Origin: Elusimicrobiota bacterium
Lineage (GTDB): Bacteria > Elusimicrobiota > Elusimicrobia > Elusimicrobiales > UBA9959
Length of the DNA stretch: 64,000 nucleotides
Reading direction: 5' to 3'
Assembly: GCA_016234365.1 (NCBI GenBank)
Contig: JACRER010000031.1
Location: 9,729-73,728, forward strand
Shown here: positions 25,031-35,096 of the stretch, one piece after another
Layout: every line of letters starts with the position of its first letter
How positions within the stretch are numbered: the stretch's first letter is position 1
The notes under the pieces: generated by a model
What the model was told of the DNA's origin: nothing
The model's database searches: none
The model's input: only the letters and a program-made list of their open reading frames with translations
Program-made: the position numbers and the translations under genes

Positions 25031-26611
25031 ATGGTAAGACTGCTTTTAGCGGCGGTATTTCTGGCGGCGGCCCCGGCCTGGTCACAGGAGGTGAAACTCC
25101 TTGAGGACACTCCGGCCGACTCGGCCCAGCCGCAAGCCGCCGCACCCGGCGACATGCCGCAGATCATAGTCCCGTCCGAAGAAAAACCGGCGCAAGCCCC
25201 GGCCGTTAAGCCGGCAGAGCCGGAAAAGAAGCCGGAGGCGGTAAAAAAAGCCAAAACCCCGGCTAAGAAAGTAAAAAAAGCGGCCAAGGCCCAGGCGGTT
25301 AAACCGGCCGTGTCGGCCTCGGCGGCGCCTGCCCCCGCGGTTACCGCCCCGCAAGCCAAGCCGGTAACGCAGCAACCAGCCTCGCCTGCTCCCGCTTCGG
25401 CTCCCGCGGTTAAAGCCGTTGCGGCAAAGCCTGCCGCCGCGCCTGCGGTTAAAGCAGTTCCCGCGCCCGCCGTAAAGGCCCAGGAAAAAGCGGTTGTGCC
25501 CACGGCGGAAACAAAAAAGACCGAGGCTAAACCCGCCGCGGCGGATCTGGATTCCCTTCCGGAACTTGCGGACGTTCCTCCTGCGGAAGTTAAGCCGGTC
25601 GCCGCCGTTGAGCCGGCCCCGAAACCGGCGCCCAAGGCGGAGGCGCCCAAGCCCGCCGCGCCTAAGCCTGAAGTGAAAGCCGTTCCTGAAACCGCCGCGG
25701 CCCCGGCCCCTAAGGCGGAACCTAAGCCCGAAATTAAAGCCGTTGTGAAAACTGTTCCCGCCCCGGCCCCTGAAACCGCGCCCAAGCCTGAAGTTAAGGC
25801 CGCCCCTCCGGCCGCGCCGGCGCAGCCTGCCAAACCGGCCGGCGGAGCCGGGTTTTCCGTGCAGAAAACGCACACCGTTTCCGGCGGCGATACGCTGTGG
25901 GACCTTTCGTCCAAGTATTACCAGGACCCTTACAAATGGGGGAAGATCTATAACGCCAACCTGGGCGTGGTCTCCAACCCCGACCGTATCTATCCTAAGA
26001 GCGAACTTGTAATTCCGGACATCACCGAAGAGGTGAAGCCCGAAGTGCGCAAACCTGCCGCCATAGCCGAAAGCGAGACCGTGAAGGAAGCTTCCCTGGT
26101 CAGCGCGGACGTGGCCCAGCCCGCGGCGCAGCCTGCCATGCCGGAACCCGTGGAGGAAAAGCTGCCGCCGGCGCCGGCCGTAAAGACCGCCGCGGCGGAA
26201 CTTTCCGAAGCGCTTGGGAATTATGACCGCAACGACCTTTCCGAAGAGATGCCGGAGCATCAGCGGGAATGGGCGGCCGGCGTTAAAGTGGTGCCGGAAA
26301 ACTGGCGTGAGGACGGCGTTGTTACGGCGCGGGCGAAAGGCGACGAGGAGAGCGTGGAGGAAAGTCTCTCCATGGGCGGGGACGTTATGGAGGTTTCCCT
26401 GTCCGGTTCTGCCGGAGTGAAGCCAGGAGACTACCTCAACGTCTATCTGAAAGGCTCCCCGGCTTACGATAAAGCTGGTAAAAAGATAGGACGCGAGATA
26501 CAGCGGGCCGGGTTGCTGGAAGTTACCAGCGTGGACGGTTCCCGCGCTAAGGCGCGCGTTATAGACTCAGTCACCGCGATAGCGAAAGGATTTGTTGTAA
26601 AAAAGAAGTAG
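25031..26611 (+). CDS. Secreted LysM-domain protein with Pro/Ala/Lys-rich region
   Basis: Signal peptide, degenerate (A)PKPE(V/I)KA periodicity, LysM (HTVSGGDTLWDLSSKYYQDPYKWGKIYNAN...IYPKSELVIPD), and a C-terminal beta domain. Confidence 0.8.
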   Translation: MVRLLLAAVFLAAAPAWSQEVKLLEDTPADSAQPQAAAPGDMPQIIVPSEEKPAQAPAVKPAEPEKKPEAVKKAKTPAKKVKKAAKAQAVKPAVSASAAPAPAVTAPQAKPVTQQPASPAPASAPAVKAVAAKPAAAPAVKAVPAPAVKAQEKAVVPTAETKKTEAKPAAADLDSLPELADVPPAEVKPVAAVEPAPKPAPKAEAPKPAAPKPEVKAVPETAAAPAPKAEPKPEIKAVVKTVPAPAPETAPKPEVKAAPPAAPAQPAKPAGGAGFSVQKTHTVSGGDTLWDLSSKYYQDPYKWGKIYNANLGVVSNPDRIYPKSELVIPDITEEVKPEVRKPAAIAESETVKEASLVSADVAQPAAQPAMPEPVEEKLPPAPAVKTAAAELSEALGNYDRNDLSEEMPEHQREWAAGVKVVPENWREDGVVTARAKGDEESVEESLSMGGDVMEVSLSGSAGVKPGDYLNVYLKGSPAYDKAGKKIGREIQRAGLLEVTSVDGSRAKARVIDSVTAIAKGFVVKKK

Positions 26612-26617
26612 CGTCAG

Positions 26618-27760
26618 GTGGGGGGCGATATGGGGGGCGACGCCGGGGAAGAGCGGCTGGCGCGGGTCAGGCTTAACTTTTTCGCCTGCAACAGGTGCGA
26701 CTGGCTGTTGCGCCTGATGGAACTGTACGGCGGGGCCGCGCCCCTGCTTACAAGGCCCGCGGCCGAACTGGCCGCGGAGTCCGGGGTGGCGCTGGAGACG
26801 GCGGACCGCCTGAAAGCGCAGACCTCCGCCTGCGACCCAGAGAAAGAACTGCGCGCCGCCGCCCGGGCCGGCGCCACGGTGCTGACCGGTTTGGACGAGG
26901 CCTACCCGGAACTCCTTAAAAAGATATACGACCCGCCGCTGGTGCTCTACCTGCGCGGGAGCCTGCGGGCCATGCCGGCCGCCGGGATAGTGGGCACGCG
27001 CAGAGCCACGCCCTACGGCCTGCGCACCGCCGCGCGGCTGTCGGCGGACCTGGCGGCCGCCGGAGTTGCCGTTGTGAGCGGGCTGGCGCGCGGCGTGGAT
27101 ACCGCCGCGCACGAGGCCGCCGTAAAGGCCGGCGGCGTGACCTGGGCCGCGATGGGAACGGGGCTGGGGACCGTCTTCCCTTCGGAAAATGAAAAGCTTG
27201 CCGAGCGGATAGTTGGCGCAGGCGGGGCGCTGATCTCCGAGTTCCCCATGGACATGGGCCCCTGGCCTAGCCATTTCCCGCGCCGCAACCGCATAATCTC
27301 CGGGTTGTCGCTGGCCACCGTGGTGGTGGAGGGCGGTTTTGAGTCGGGCGCGCTGATAACCGCCAGGTTCGCCCTGGAGCAGGGGCGCGAGGTGCTGGCG
27401 GTACCGGGGCAGGTTGATTGCCCCGCCAGCAAGGGGCCCAACTATTTCATAAAGAACGGGGCCTGCCCGGCCGAAACCGCCGACGATATAATAGCCTGCT
27501 TTCCCCCGGAGTATTTGTTCGGCGTGAAGCGGGTAAGATCCGCCGGCGCAAGGAGCCCATCCGAGGCGGCGTTGCGCGATCTTTCCGCGGACGCCTTGAC
27601 GGCCTTCAAGGCCATAGCCGGGGACGAGGCCGGCCTTACGGCTGACGAGGTGACCCTGAAACTGGCGTGGCCGGTGCAGCGGTCCGCCGCGGCCCTGTTC
27701 GAGCTGGAAGCGGCGGGGACGCTGATGTCCAGGGGGGGCCGCTATTGCCGCGCGGTGTAG
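26618..27760 (+). CDS. dprA: DNA-processing protein DprA
   Basis: GIVGTRRATPYG...VVSGLARGVDTAAH...GTGLGTVFPSEN Rossmann-like DprA core, in dprA-topA synteny. GTG at 26618 or ATG at 26630. Confidence 0.9.
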   Translation: MGGDMGGDAGEERLARVRLNFFACNRCDWLLRLMELYGGAAPLLTRPAAELAAESGVALETADRLKAQTSACDPEKELRAAARAGATVLTGLDEAYPELLKKIYDPPLVLYLRGSLRAMPAAGIVGTRRATPYGLRTAARLSADLAAAGVAVVSGLARGVDTAAHEAAVKAGGVTWAAMGTGLGTVFPSENEKLAERIVGAGGALISEFPMDMGPWPSHFPRRNRIISGLSLATVVVEGGFESGALITARFALEQGREVLAVPGQVDCPASKGPNYFIKNGACPAETADDIIACFPPEYLFGVKRVRSAGARSPSEAALRDLSADALTAFKAIAGDEAGLTADEVTLKLAWPVQRSAAALFELEAAGTLMSRGGRYCRAV

Positions 27761-27853
27761 GTTTATTTGAGCCCGGCTGGCCAAGATCCTGGCCTGATTT
27801 GCGCCCGGCTTTTTGCCTTATAGGGAAAAATATAATATTATTGATATCTAATT

Positions 27854-30004
27854 ATGGCTGAAAAGACCCCTAAAGTTACCAAACCCAAAGGCAAGCGCCA
27901 CCTCGTTATAGTAGAGTCTCCCACCAAGGAGAAGACTATAAGCCGCTTCCTGGACGCGGATTATGTAGTGCGCAGCTCTTTCGGGCATGTGCGCGACCTG
28001 CCCAAGGACGAACTGGGCGTGGACGTTAAAGAAAAGTTCAATCCCAAATACGTCCTGGTGGAACGCGCCAAAAAGATCATCGCCGAACTTAACCTTATAG
28101 CCAAGAACGCCGATGTTATCTACCTGGCCACCGACCCCGACCGCGAAGGCGAGGCCATCAGCTGGCACCTGCGCGAGGCCATAAAGGCGGACGTGCCGTT
28201 CAAGCGCATCAGTTTCCACGAGATCACCAAGACCGCCATCGAGGAATCCCTCAAGAGCCCGCGCGACCTGGACATGGCGCTGGTGAACGCCCAGCAGAGC
28301 CGCCGCATCATAGACCGCATAGTGGGCTACAAACTTTCTCCGCTGCTGTGGAGCAAGATAAAGAGCGGCCTGTCCGCCGGCCGGGTGCAGTCCGTGACGG
28401 TGCGCCTTATAGCCGAGCGCGCCAAGGAAATAGCCGCCTTCAAGGAAGAGGACTATTACACGGTCTTCGCCAAACTCGCCAAGGGCGATTCCAAGGACTT
28501 CGACTCCAAGCTGGTGCGCTGGGAAGGCGCCGCCGTGGAGCAGACTATACTCCTGAAGCTCTTCGCCGAGGATTACCGCTACAAGACCTCCGTCTTTAAG
28601 AAGATAGAGGACACCGTGGAGGCAGGCACCTACCTGCGCAACTCCAAGCTGACCGTGTCCAAGGTGGACGCCAAGGCCGTACGCCAGAAGCCCAAGCCGC
28701 CTTTCATCACCAGCACCCTGCAGCAGGACGCCTACAATAAGCTGGGTTTCTCCTCGGACCGCACCATGAAGGTGGCCCAGAGCCTTTACGAAGGCGTGGA
28801 CCTGGACGGCGAGCGCTCCGGCCTCATCACCTACATGCGTACCGACTCGTTCAACGTGTCGGCCGACATGCAGAAAGAGGCCGCCAAGTTCATTGCCGAG
28901 ATCTACGGCAAGGATTTCTGCCCGGCCAAGCCGCCCACGTACCTCAAAAAGGTGAAGGGCGCGCAGGAAGCCCACGAGGCCATCCACCCTACTTCCGCCT
29001 ACAAGCGGCCGGAGGAAATGGGCAAGTTCCTTAACCCCGACCAGGCCAAGCTTTACGACCTGATCTGGCGCCGCTTCATGGCCAGCCAGATGGAAGAGGC
29101 CATCTTCGATTCCCTCAGCGTGGAATTCTCCGACGAGAAAGGCCGCGCCGTGCTGCGCACCAGCGGGCGCACCGTGAAATTCGAGGGTTACCTGAAGATC
29201 TACATGGAGGAGAAGGAAGAGGAAGTGGCGGGCGAGGACGAAGAAGGTTCCGCCGCCCTGCCGCCGCTCAAGGAAGGCGACGTCGTCATCCTTAAGGACA
29301 TCTCCACCAAGGCGCACAAGACCAGCCCGCCTCCGAACTACAACGAGGCCAGCATCATCAAGACGCTGGAAAAGCACGGCATCGGCCGCCCGTCCACGTA
29401 CGCCGTGATCATAAAGAACATCATAGAGCGCGGCTACATCAACAGGGAGAAGGACCGCAAACTCCTGATCACCGAGCTGGGCGCCCTGGTGACGGAAAAG
29501 CTCAAGGACTTCTTCAAAGATATCATGGAGATCTCCTACACCGCCTCCATCGAGGATAAACTGGACGATATTGCCGACGGCAACGTGGACTGGGTGAAGT
29601 TCATGGGCGAGTTCTACACTCCTTTCGCCGCGGAACTGGCCACGGCCGAGAAGGACATGACGCGCTCCCGCCCCAACGTCATAAAGACCAACGAGAAGTG
29701 CCCGCTGTGCCTAAGCCCCATGGTGCAGCGCGAGAGCCGCTTCGGCAAGTACCTCTCCTGCTCGCGCTTTCCCAAGTGCAAAGGCAAGGTGCCGCTGGAC
29801 AAGGAAGGCAACAAGCAGGATTACTTCGCCCCGATCAAGACCGAGAAGATCTGCACCAAGTGCAACAAGAACGCCATGCTGCTGCGCAAGAGCGCGCGCG
29901 GCTACTTCCTGGCCTGTTCCGGCTTCCCCAAGTGCCGCAACATCGAGCCGCCCACTCCGGAAGAAGTGGAGAAGCTGATAGCCTCCAGGAACAAGCCTTC
30001 CTGA
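27854..30004 (+). CDS. topA: DNA topoisomerase I
   Basis: TOPRIM (LVIVESPTKEKTI), an active-site region, and C-terminal CxxC zinc-ribbon repeats. Confidence 0.97.
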   Translation: MAEKTPKVTKPKGKRHLVIVESPTKEKTISRFLDADYVVRSSFGHVRDLPKDELGVDVKEKFNPKYVLVERAKKIIAELNLIAKNADVIYLATDPDREGEAISWHLREAIKADVPFKRISFHEITKTAIEESLKSPRDLDMALVNAQQSRRIIDRIVGYKLSPLLWSKIKSGLSAGRVQSVTVRLIAERAKEIAAFKEEDYYTVFAKLAKGDSKDFDSKLVRWEGAAVEQTILLKLFAEDYRYKTSVFKKIEDTVEAGTYLRNSKLTVSKVDAKAVRQKPKPPFITSTLQQDAYNKLGFSSDRTMKVAQSLYEGVDLDGERSGLITYMRTDSFNVSADMQKEAAKFIAEIYGKDFCPAKPPTYLKKVKGAQEAHEAIHPTSAYKRPEEMGKFLNPDQAKLYDLIWRRFMASQMEEAIFDSLSVEFSDEKGRAVLRTSGRTVKFEGYLKIYMEEKEEEVAGEDEEGSAALPPLKEGDVVILKDISTKAHKTSPPPNYNEASIIKTLEKHGIGRPSTYAVIIKNIIERGYINREKDRKLLITELGALVTEKLKDFFKDIMEISYTASIEDKLDDIADGNVDWVKFMGEFYTPFAAELATAEKDMTRSRPNVIKTNEKCPLCLSPMVQRESRFGKYLSCSRFPKCKGKVPLDKEGNKQDYFAPIKTEKICTKCNKNAMLLRKSARGYFLACSGFPKCRNIEPPTPEEVEKLIASRNKPS

Positions 30005-30017
30005 AGCTGGGAAGGCG

Positions 30018-30056
30018 AAAAAAGAGCCCGGGCCGCAAAGCCCGGGCTCTTCTTTT
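30018..30056. terminator. Bidirectional rho-independent terminator (topA / MFS convergent pair)
   Basis: AAAAAA-GAGCCCGGG-ccgcaaag-CCCGGGCTC-TTCTTTT. Confidence 0.75.
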
Positions 30057-30071
30057 ATAGGCGGGGGGAAG

Positions 30072-31415
30072 TTACGCTTCGTCTTCCACGAGCGGGCGGT
30101 GTTCTTCGAGCGTGCCCTCGGCAGGAGCCGCCTTCTTCAGCGGGGTCTCGTTCCACAGGCGGGTCATCAGCAGCGCGCCGATGAGCGAGAAGGGTATTAT
30201 CATGTAGGTCCAGCTGCCCCAGCCCCATTTGTCCAGGAAGTGGCCCATAAGGAAGCCCGTGAGGCCGCTGGCCAGGTACTGTACGCCGTCCAGCAGGCCG
30301 GCCACGGTGGAAGCCGCGCGCGTGCCGCCAAAGTCCATGGAGGCGGTGCCGGTGAGCATGCCGTGCACGCCGAAGATCCACATGCAGGAGAAGCCTATCA
30401 TGAAGGCCGCAAGTGCCGGGCTCGCGGTCTGGCCGAGCACGAAGAGGGAGGCGGCCTGGGCCAGGTAGAAGATGAAGGCTACCGGCGCGCGCCGGGACTG
30501 GAATACCTTGTCGGACAGGAAGCCGCAGATGATGCCTCCCAGGATGCCGCCCACCGTGATGCCGGAGGTGGCTATGGTGAACAGCGTGCTGCCGTGCGCT
30601 ATCTTGTGCACTTCGGAAAGGAACGGCACGAACCAGAGCAGCAGGCCCTGGCGCACGAAGCCGGTGCAGAATTCGGAAACGGCCAAGGTGACTATGACCG
30701 GGTTGGTAAAAACGCGGGTCATGAGTTCGCCGAGCTTGAGGGGGGGCTGGCCGGTCTCGTGGGAGGTGGCGTCGCCGGTGTTGAAATTCTCGAAGCCGGC
30801 TTCCTTGGGAGTGTCTTTCACAAGGAACAGGTCCACCAGGAACATGGTGAGGATGGCCCCCGACGGGATGAGGAACACCATGTACCAGGGCAGGGTGGAC
30901 ATGATCCAGCCGCCCACGGTCATGGCGAGGAAGTAGCCGCCGGAGATCATGATGCCGAAGATGCCGCCGAACACGCCGCGCTCTTTGACGTGGAACCACG
31001 GGGCGTTGACCTTTACCACCGACAGCGCGCCGAAGGACTGGAAGTACTGGTTCACGGCGTAGAGCAGCGACATGCCCACTATCAGCTTGGTGCTCCAGCC
31101 GTTAAGGAACAGCAGGCCTATCACCAGGTTGAGCAGGGAGGCGCCCAGCGCGCCGAACAGGATGGCTTTTTTTCCGCCAATGCGGTCGGCCAGCGGGCCG
31201 TTGAACATGACCGAGAGGGCGTAGGTCCAGAAGCCGGCCGTGGCTATGATGCCGAACTCGGCTTTGCTCAGATGGAACATGTCCATCATGCTCTTGGAAG
31301 CCACGTTAAGGTTGTAGCGGCCCATGTAGAAGGTGGCGTAAGTGAGGCCGAGGGGGAACCAGTTCAAAAAACGGCGGCGGCGGTATTCGGCTGGATGCTG
31401 GGGGGCTTCTGACAT
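30072..31415 (-). CDS. MFS transporter, organophosphate:Pi antiporter (GlpT/UhpC)-like
   Basis: 12-TM pattern. N-terminal YMGRYNLNVA......S....G.I...F...YA.S....GPLADRIG resembles the OPA family. Confidence 0.75.
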   Translation of the reverse strand: MSEAPQHPAEYRRRRFLNWFPLGLTYATFYMGRYNLNVASKSMMDMFHLSKAEFGIIATAGFWTYALSVMFNGPLADRIGGKKAILFGALGASLLNLVIGLLFLNGWSTKLIVGMSLLYAVNQYFQSFGALSVVKVNAPWFHVKERGVFGGIFGIMISGGYFLAMTVGGWIMSTLPWYMVFLIPSGAILTMFLVDLFLVKDTPKEAGFENFNTGDATSHETGQPPLKLGELMTRVFTNPVIVTLAVSEFCTGFVRQGLLLWFVPFLSEVHKIAHGSTLFTIATSGITVGGILGGIICGFLSDKVFQSRRAPVAFIFYLAQAASLFVLGQTASPALAAFMIGFSCMWIFGVHGMLTGTASMDFGGTRAASTVAGLLDGVQYLASGLTGFLMGHFLDKWGWGSWTYMIIPFSLIGALLMTRLWNETPLKKAAPAEGTLEEHRPLVEDEA

Positions 31416-31507
31416 TTTCAGGCTCCTGAACGTACTGGGATTCTGCGTTGCTTCAAAGTAATTATATAACTTTGAGAAAGAAGGCCCGGTAAAATCCGTG
31501 TAAGGTC

Positions 31508-31539
31508 AAAAAAAACCCCGCGGTCCGCGCGGGGTTTTT
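31508..31539 (-). terminator. Rho-independent terminator downstream of the alpha-amylase gene
   Basis: Minus strand reads AAAAA-CCCCGCG-cggac-CGCGGGG-TTTTTTTT. Confidence 0.75.
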
Positions 31540-31556
31540 GCAAGGCGGCAAGCGCC

Positions 31557-33005
31557 TTATTTCGCCGGCCTGCTCCACACGGCGTAGCGTTCCCCGCTCG
31601 TTTCCAGCGTCCAGCCGTCGCCGGGGTTCCAGCCCCAGTTCTTGCCCAGCTTGACCACCAGCTGCTTGTTCTTGCCGGCGATGGTTGCCGCGTACAAGCC
31701 GTTGGTGGCGGTAAGCACCTGCATGGGGCTCGTGGAGGTGACGCCTGCGCTTTTGCGCACCGCAATAAGCCTGGCGATCGCGTCATGGTAAGCTGGGCCC
31801 CAGCTGAAGAAGTGCGGCCAGAAAACGCAGGGGACGCCGGGGTGGGTGAGGATGTAGGCGTAGCCCACCAGCCGCTGGGCCTTGTATTCCGCGGAGGCGA
31901 TCTGGATGAAGTTGGGGTCCCGCGGGGAAGTGTCGTGGCTCTCCACGAAGGTGACGGCCTTGGCGGGCCACCAGCCTATGACGCCAGTAGGACGGCCGTT
32001 GTCGTTGAGCAGCTCGTAGCGCTCGCTCTCTACCGCGCCCACCAGCGCGTAGCGCTGCGTGAAGTCGAAGGCGGTGGACGCGTTGGTCTTGGCGCCGGCG
32101 GAGTCCGTGCCGTCTATCCAGTTGGTGATCTGCTGGCGGTCGGTATCGTAATATTCCCCGACCGTGAAGACCGGGCTGGAGGCGGAATTGTAATCCTCGA
32201 TATGGGAGGCGGCGTAGCCCTTTACCATATCGTAGCGCCAGCCGTCGAACCCGATGGTGTGCTTGAGCCAGCGCATGAACACCCGTGTGTCTTCCTGCAC
32301 CTGCGGGTTGCGGTGGTCCAGGTCGCGGCAGCCGAAGTCGCCCTGGCCCTCGTCGTTGTAAAGGGAGCGTGGCAGGGCGGCGTAGGGCGGCTGGGCCCAC
32401 ACTTCGTCGTCGTTGCTGATAACGTTGGACGGCCAATCCGGGTTCTTGAAATCGAGCCAGTTAGTGGAGCCGTTGCGGTGGTTGAGCACGATGTCGGCGA
32501 GTACCTTGAGCCCCGACTTGTGCATGGCCTTCACGGCCTCTACAAGGACTTCTTTTTTACCCCACTGGGAATCCAGCTCGTACCAGTCCCGGGGATAATA
32601 ACTTCCCACCGAGACCGGCGGGAACCAGACCAGGTCGAAACCGGCCGCGCCTATCTCGGGGGCTTTCTGCGCCAGCTCGCCCCACCAGCCGCGCGGCGGG
32701 TGGTACCAATAATCGTCTGCGTACCAATGGAAGCCCTGCAGCATCACCAGCTCGCTGCCGGGCACGTCTATGCGGCGCTGCGGCGGAGGGGTGAAGGTTT
32801 TGCTGGAATATCTGCGGACGGCGTCCTTCCAGTCGGCGGAAGCGGCCTGGGGAGTCTTTACGGCATAGGGGACTTTAGGGGTGGCGACCGGCGCGGCGGA
32901 AGCGTCCAGTTGGGCCGCCGCACTCCCGGTTTCCGCCGCCGGCGAGGAGGCGGCGAAAATGGCGGGCAGCAAAAGCGTTAAAAGCGTCCGTTTTAAAATA
33001 CCCAT
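31557..33005 (-). CDS. Secreted alpha-amylase (GH13)
   Basis: MLQGFHWY, DIVLNHR, GWRYDMVKGY, FVESHD. Start chosen at MGILKRTLL (signal peptide, GGAGA RBS); the ORF opens at 33032. Confidence 0.85.
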   Translation of the reverse strand: MGILKRTLLTLLLPAIFAASSPAAETGSAAAQLDASAAPVATPKVPYAVKTPQAASADWKDAVRRYSSKTFTPPPQRRIDVPGSELVMLQGFHWYADDYWYHPPRGWWGELAQKAPEIGAAGFDLVWFPPVSVGSYYPRDWYELDSQWGKKEVLVEAVKAMHKSGLKVLADIVLNHRNGSTNWLDFKNPDWPSNVISNDDEVWAQPPYAALPRSLYNDEGQGDFGCRDLDHRNPQVQEDTRVFMRWLKHTIGFDGWRYDMVKGYAASHIEDYNSASSPVFTVGEYYDTDRQQITNWIDGTDSAGAKTNASTAFDFTQRYALVGAVESERYELLNDNGRPTGVIGWWPAKAVTFVESHDTSPRDPNFIQIASAEYKAQRLVGYAYILTHPGVPCVFWPHFFSWGPAYHDAIARLIAVRKSAGVTSTSPMQVLTATNGLYAATIAGKNKQLVVKLGKNWGWNPGDGWTLETSGERYAVWSRPAK

Positions 33006-33127
33006 CGTATCTCCGTAACCCTTCGGGAACATTACGATATTATACAGGATATGGCAGGACTGGAAAGGGCCAAAAGGCCCAGCTCTGGACGGTCCGTCGG
33101 GGCCCTTAATTGCTAGAATTATACCGA

Positions 33128-34060
33128 ATGAAACAGCTGGCGGATAGATTCCTGCTGCACCTGAAGGCCCAGCGCAACTTCTCGCGCAACACCATAAAGG
33201 CCTATCAGTACGACCTCGGCGAGTTCCTGGGATATGCGGCCGCCAATAAAGCGGTCTCGCTGGCCGGCCTGGACCGCCCGCTGATGCGCGGGTATATCGC
33301 CTCCATAAACGATAAAAAGGTTTCCCGCAATACGCTGCTGCGCAAGATCTCCGCGGTGCGTTCCTTTATGGCCTGGTTGTTGGAGACCGGTCAGCTGGAG
33401 ACGGATCCTTTCGACCTTATAACCATTCCCAAAAAAGAAAAACGTCTGCCGCGCTTCCTGACGGAGGGCGAGGTGGGCAAGCTGCAGGACTACAACCTGC
33501 CGGAGCGGGTGGAGGCGCGGGAAAAAGGATATTATTTCGCCCTGCGCGACTACGCGCTGTTCGAACTGGTCTATTCCAGCGGGTTGCGCCGCTCGGAGGC
33601 CGCCGGGCTCAACGTGGGGGACCTGGACCTGTACTCCGGTTTCGCTCGCGTTATGGGCAAGGGCTCTCGCGAGCGCCTGGTGCCCGTGGGGGACAAGGCA
33701 TTGACCGCTATCCGTGCGTATCTGGAGACCCGGCCCAAGCCGCTGTCGCACGGCCTGCCGCTGTTCCTTAATCATAAGAACGGCCGCCTCGGCGGAGCGG
33801 GGATAGCGCTGGTCTTCCGGAAAATGGCCAAGCGGGCGCGCTTCGCCCGGCCCATGAACCCGCACTCGGTGCGCCACTCGTTCGCCACGCACCTGCTGGA
33901 CCATGGCTGCGACCTTAAGTCCGTGCAGGAGATGCTGGGCCACAAGAACCTGCAGACCACGGAAATTTATACGCACGTTTCGCTGGAGCGTTTGAAGGAA
34001 GTCTATGACAAGGCGCATCCGCGGGCGAAAAGAGGAGGAGGCCCGGCCTCGGGGAATTGA
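33128..34060 (+). CDS. Tyrosine site-specific recombinase, XerC/XerD type
   Basis: N-terminal SAM-like domain, and a catalytic R..HxxR..Y region (HSVRHSFATHLL...LGHKNLQTTEIYTHV). Confidence 0.9.
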   Translation: MKQLADRFLLHLKAQRNFSRNTIKAYQYDLGEFLGYAAANKAVSLAGLDRPLMRGYIASINDKKVSRNTLLRKISAVRSFMAWLLETGQLETDPFDLITIPKKEKRLPRFLTEGEVGKLQDYNLPERVEAREKGYYFALRDYALFELVYSSGLRRSEAAGLNVGDLDLYSGFARVMGKGSRERLVPVGDKALTAIRAYLETRPKPLSHGLPLFLNHKNGRLGGAGIALVFRKMAKRARFARPMNPHSVRHSFATHLLDHGCDLKSVQEMLGHKNLQTTEIYTHVSLERLKEVYDKAHPRAKRGGGPASGN

Positions 34061-34082
34061 GGCCCGGCCTCGCTTACACTGC

Positions 34083-34997
34083 ATGCCCTTCGATCCTTCC
34101 CTGGATAACGGCCCCGAACTGCTGGCCCGCGCGGCCCGCGCCGCCGGCGCGCGGCCCGACCTTACGCAGGGCGGCGGCGGCAACGTCTCGGTCAAAGTTG
34201 GCGCGGAGCTCATGCTGGTAAAGGCCTCCGGCTCGCAGTTGAAGGACCTGACGCCAACGTCCGGTTATGCCCTGGTGAATTACGGAAATATAAAGCGCCG
34301 TATCTGCGCCGGCCCGGGCGGCGAGAGCGAATTCTCGGACTATATCTGCGCGCAGGCGCGGCCCGTAAAAGGCGTGAAACCCGCGCCGCCTTCCATAGAG
34401 ACCGGCTTTCACGCCCTGCTCAATACGTTGGTGGTGCACACGCATTCGGTTTACGCCAATATCCTGAACATGAGCGCGGAGGGGCACGCGCTGGGCCGGA
34501 AACTTTTTCCGAACGCCGAGTTCCTCTCCTACAAGGCGCCGGGCCCGCAGCTTTGCACCGCGGTGAACGAACGCGCGCTGCCGCGCGGGCCGCAAGTATT
34601 TTTCCTGGCCAATCACGGCCTGGTGGCGGCGCACGCCGGGGTGGAGGGTGCGCTGGAGCTTAACGAGCGCGTGAACGAAACTATACGGCGGCAGCTGCGC
34701 CTGCCGGCCTACCCGGCGGTGGAGCCGGCGCGGGGGCTGTCCGCGCACAACGCGTCGGCGCTGGCGCGCTACGGCCGGGCTTTTATGCTGGAGAACGTGC
34801 TGTCGCCTGACCAGGCGCTGTACTGCTCGCCGGAAGCGCTGGACGGCCGTGCCGGCCCCGCAGAGAACGAGGTGTTGACCGCGCTGTTCTATATCCTGGA
34901 CTGCATGGCGGGGCTCAAGCTTACGCCCAGATTCCTCACCAGATCCGAAGTCGCTTATTTCGACACCATGAAAAGCGGCCGCTACTCCCGCAAATAG
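34083..34997 (+). CDS. Class II aldolase/adducin-domain protein
   Basis: GGGGNVSVK and the metal-binding LVVHTHSVYAN motif. Start taken at the ATG after the upstream stop; the ORF opens at 34005. Confidence 0.7.
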   Translation: MPFDPSLDNGPELLARAARAAGARPDLTQGGGGNVSVKVGAELMLVKASGSQLKDLTPTSGYALVNYGNIKRRICAGPGGESEFSDYICAQARPVKGVKPAPPSIETGFHALLNTLVVHTHSVYANILNMSAEGHALGRKLFPNAEFLSYKAPGPQLCTAVNERALPRGPQVFFLANHGLVAAHAGVEGALELNERVNETIRRQLRLPAYPAVEPARGLSAHNASALARYGRAFMLENVLSPDQALYCSPEALDGRAGPAENEVLTALFYILDCMAGLKLTPRFLTRSEVAYFDTMKSGRYSRK

Positions 34998-35096
34998 CGG
35001 TTTGCAGATGGTCTTCTCCAAGGTGAGCACTTTGTCCCGTGCCCTGGGCCTTTCTGCCCATGCCGGCCCGCCTCGCGCGCTGTAAAATATGATCCG

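Noticed and set aside
33128-34060. Tyrosine recombinase as the integrase of a genomic island
   Set aside because: It has canonical XerC/XerD length and motifs. There is no flanking tRNA, direct repeats, phage or mobility genes, and the neighbours are ordinary metabolic genes.
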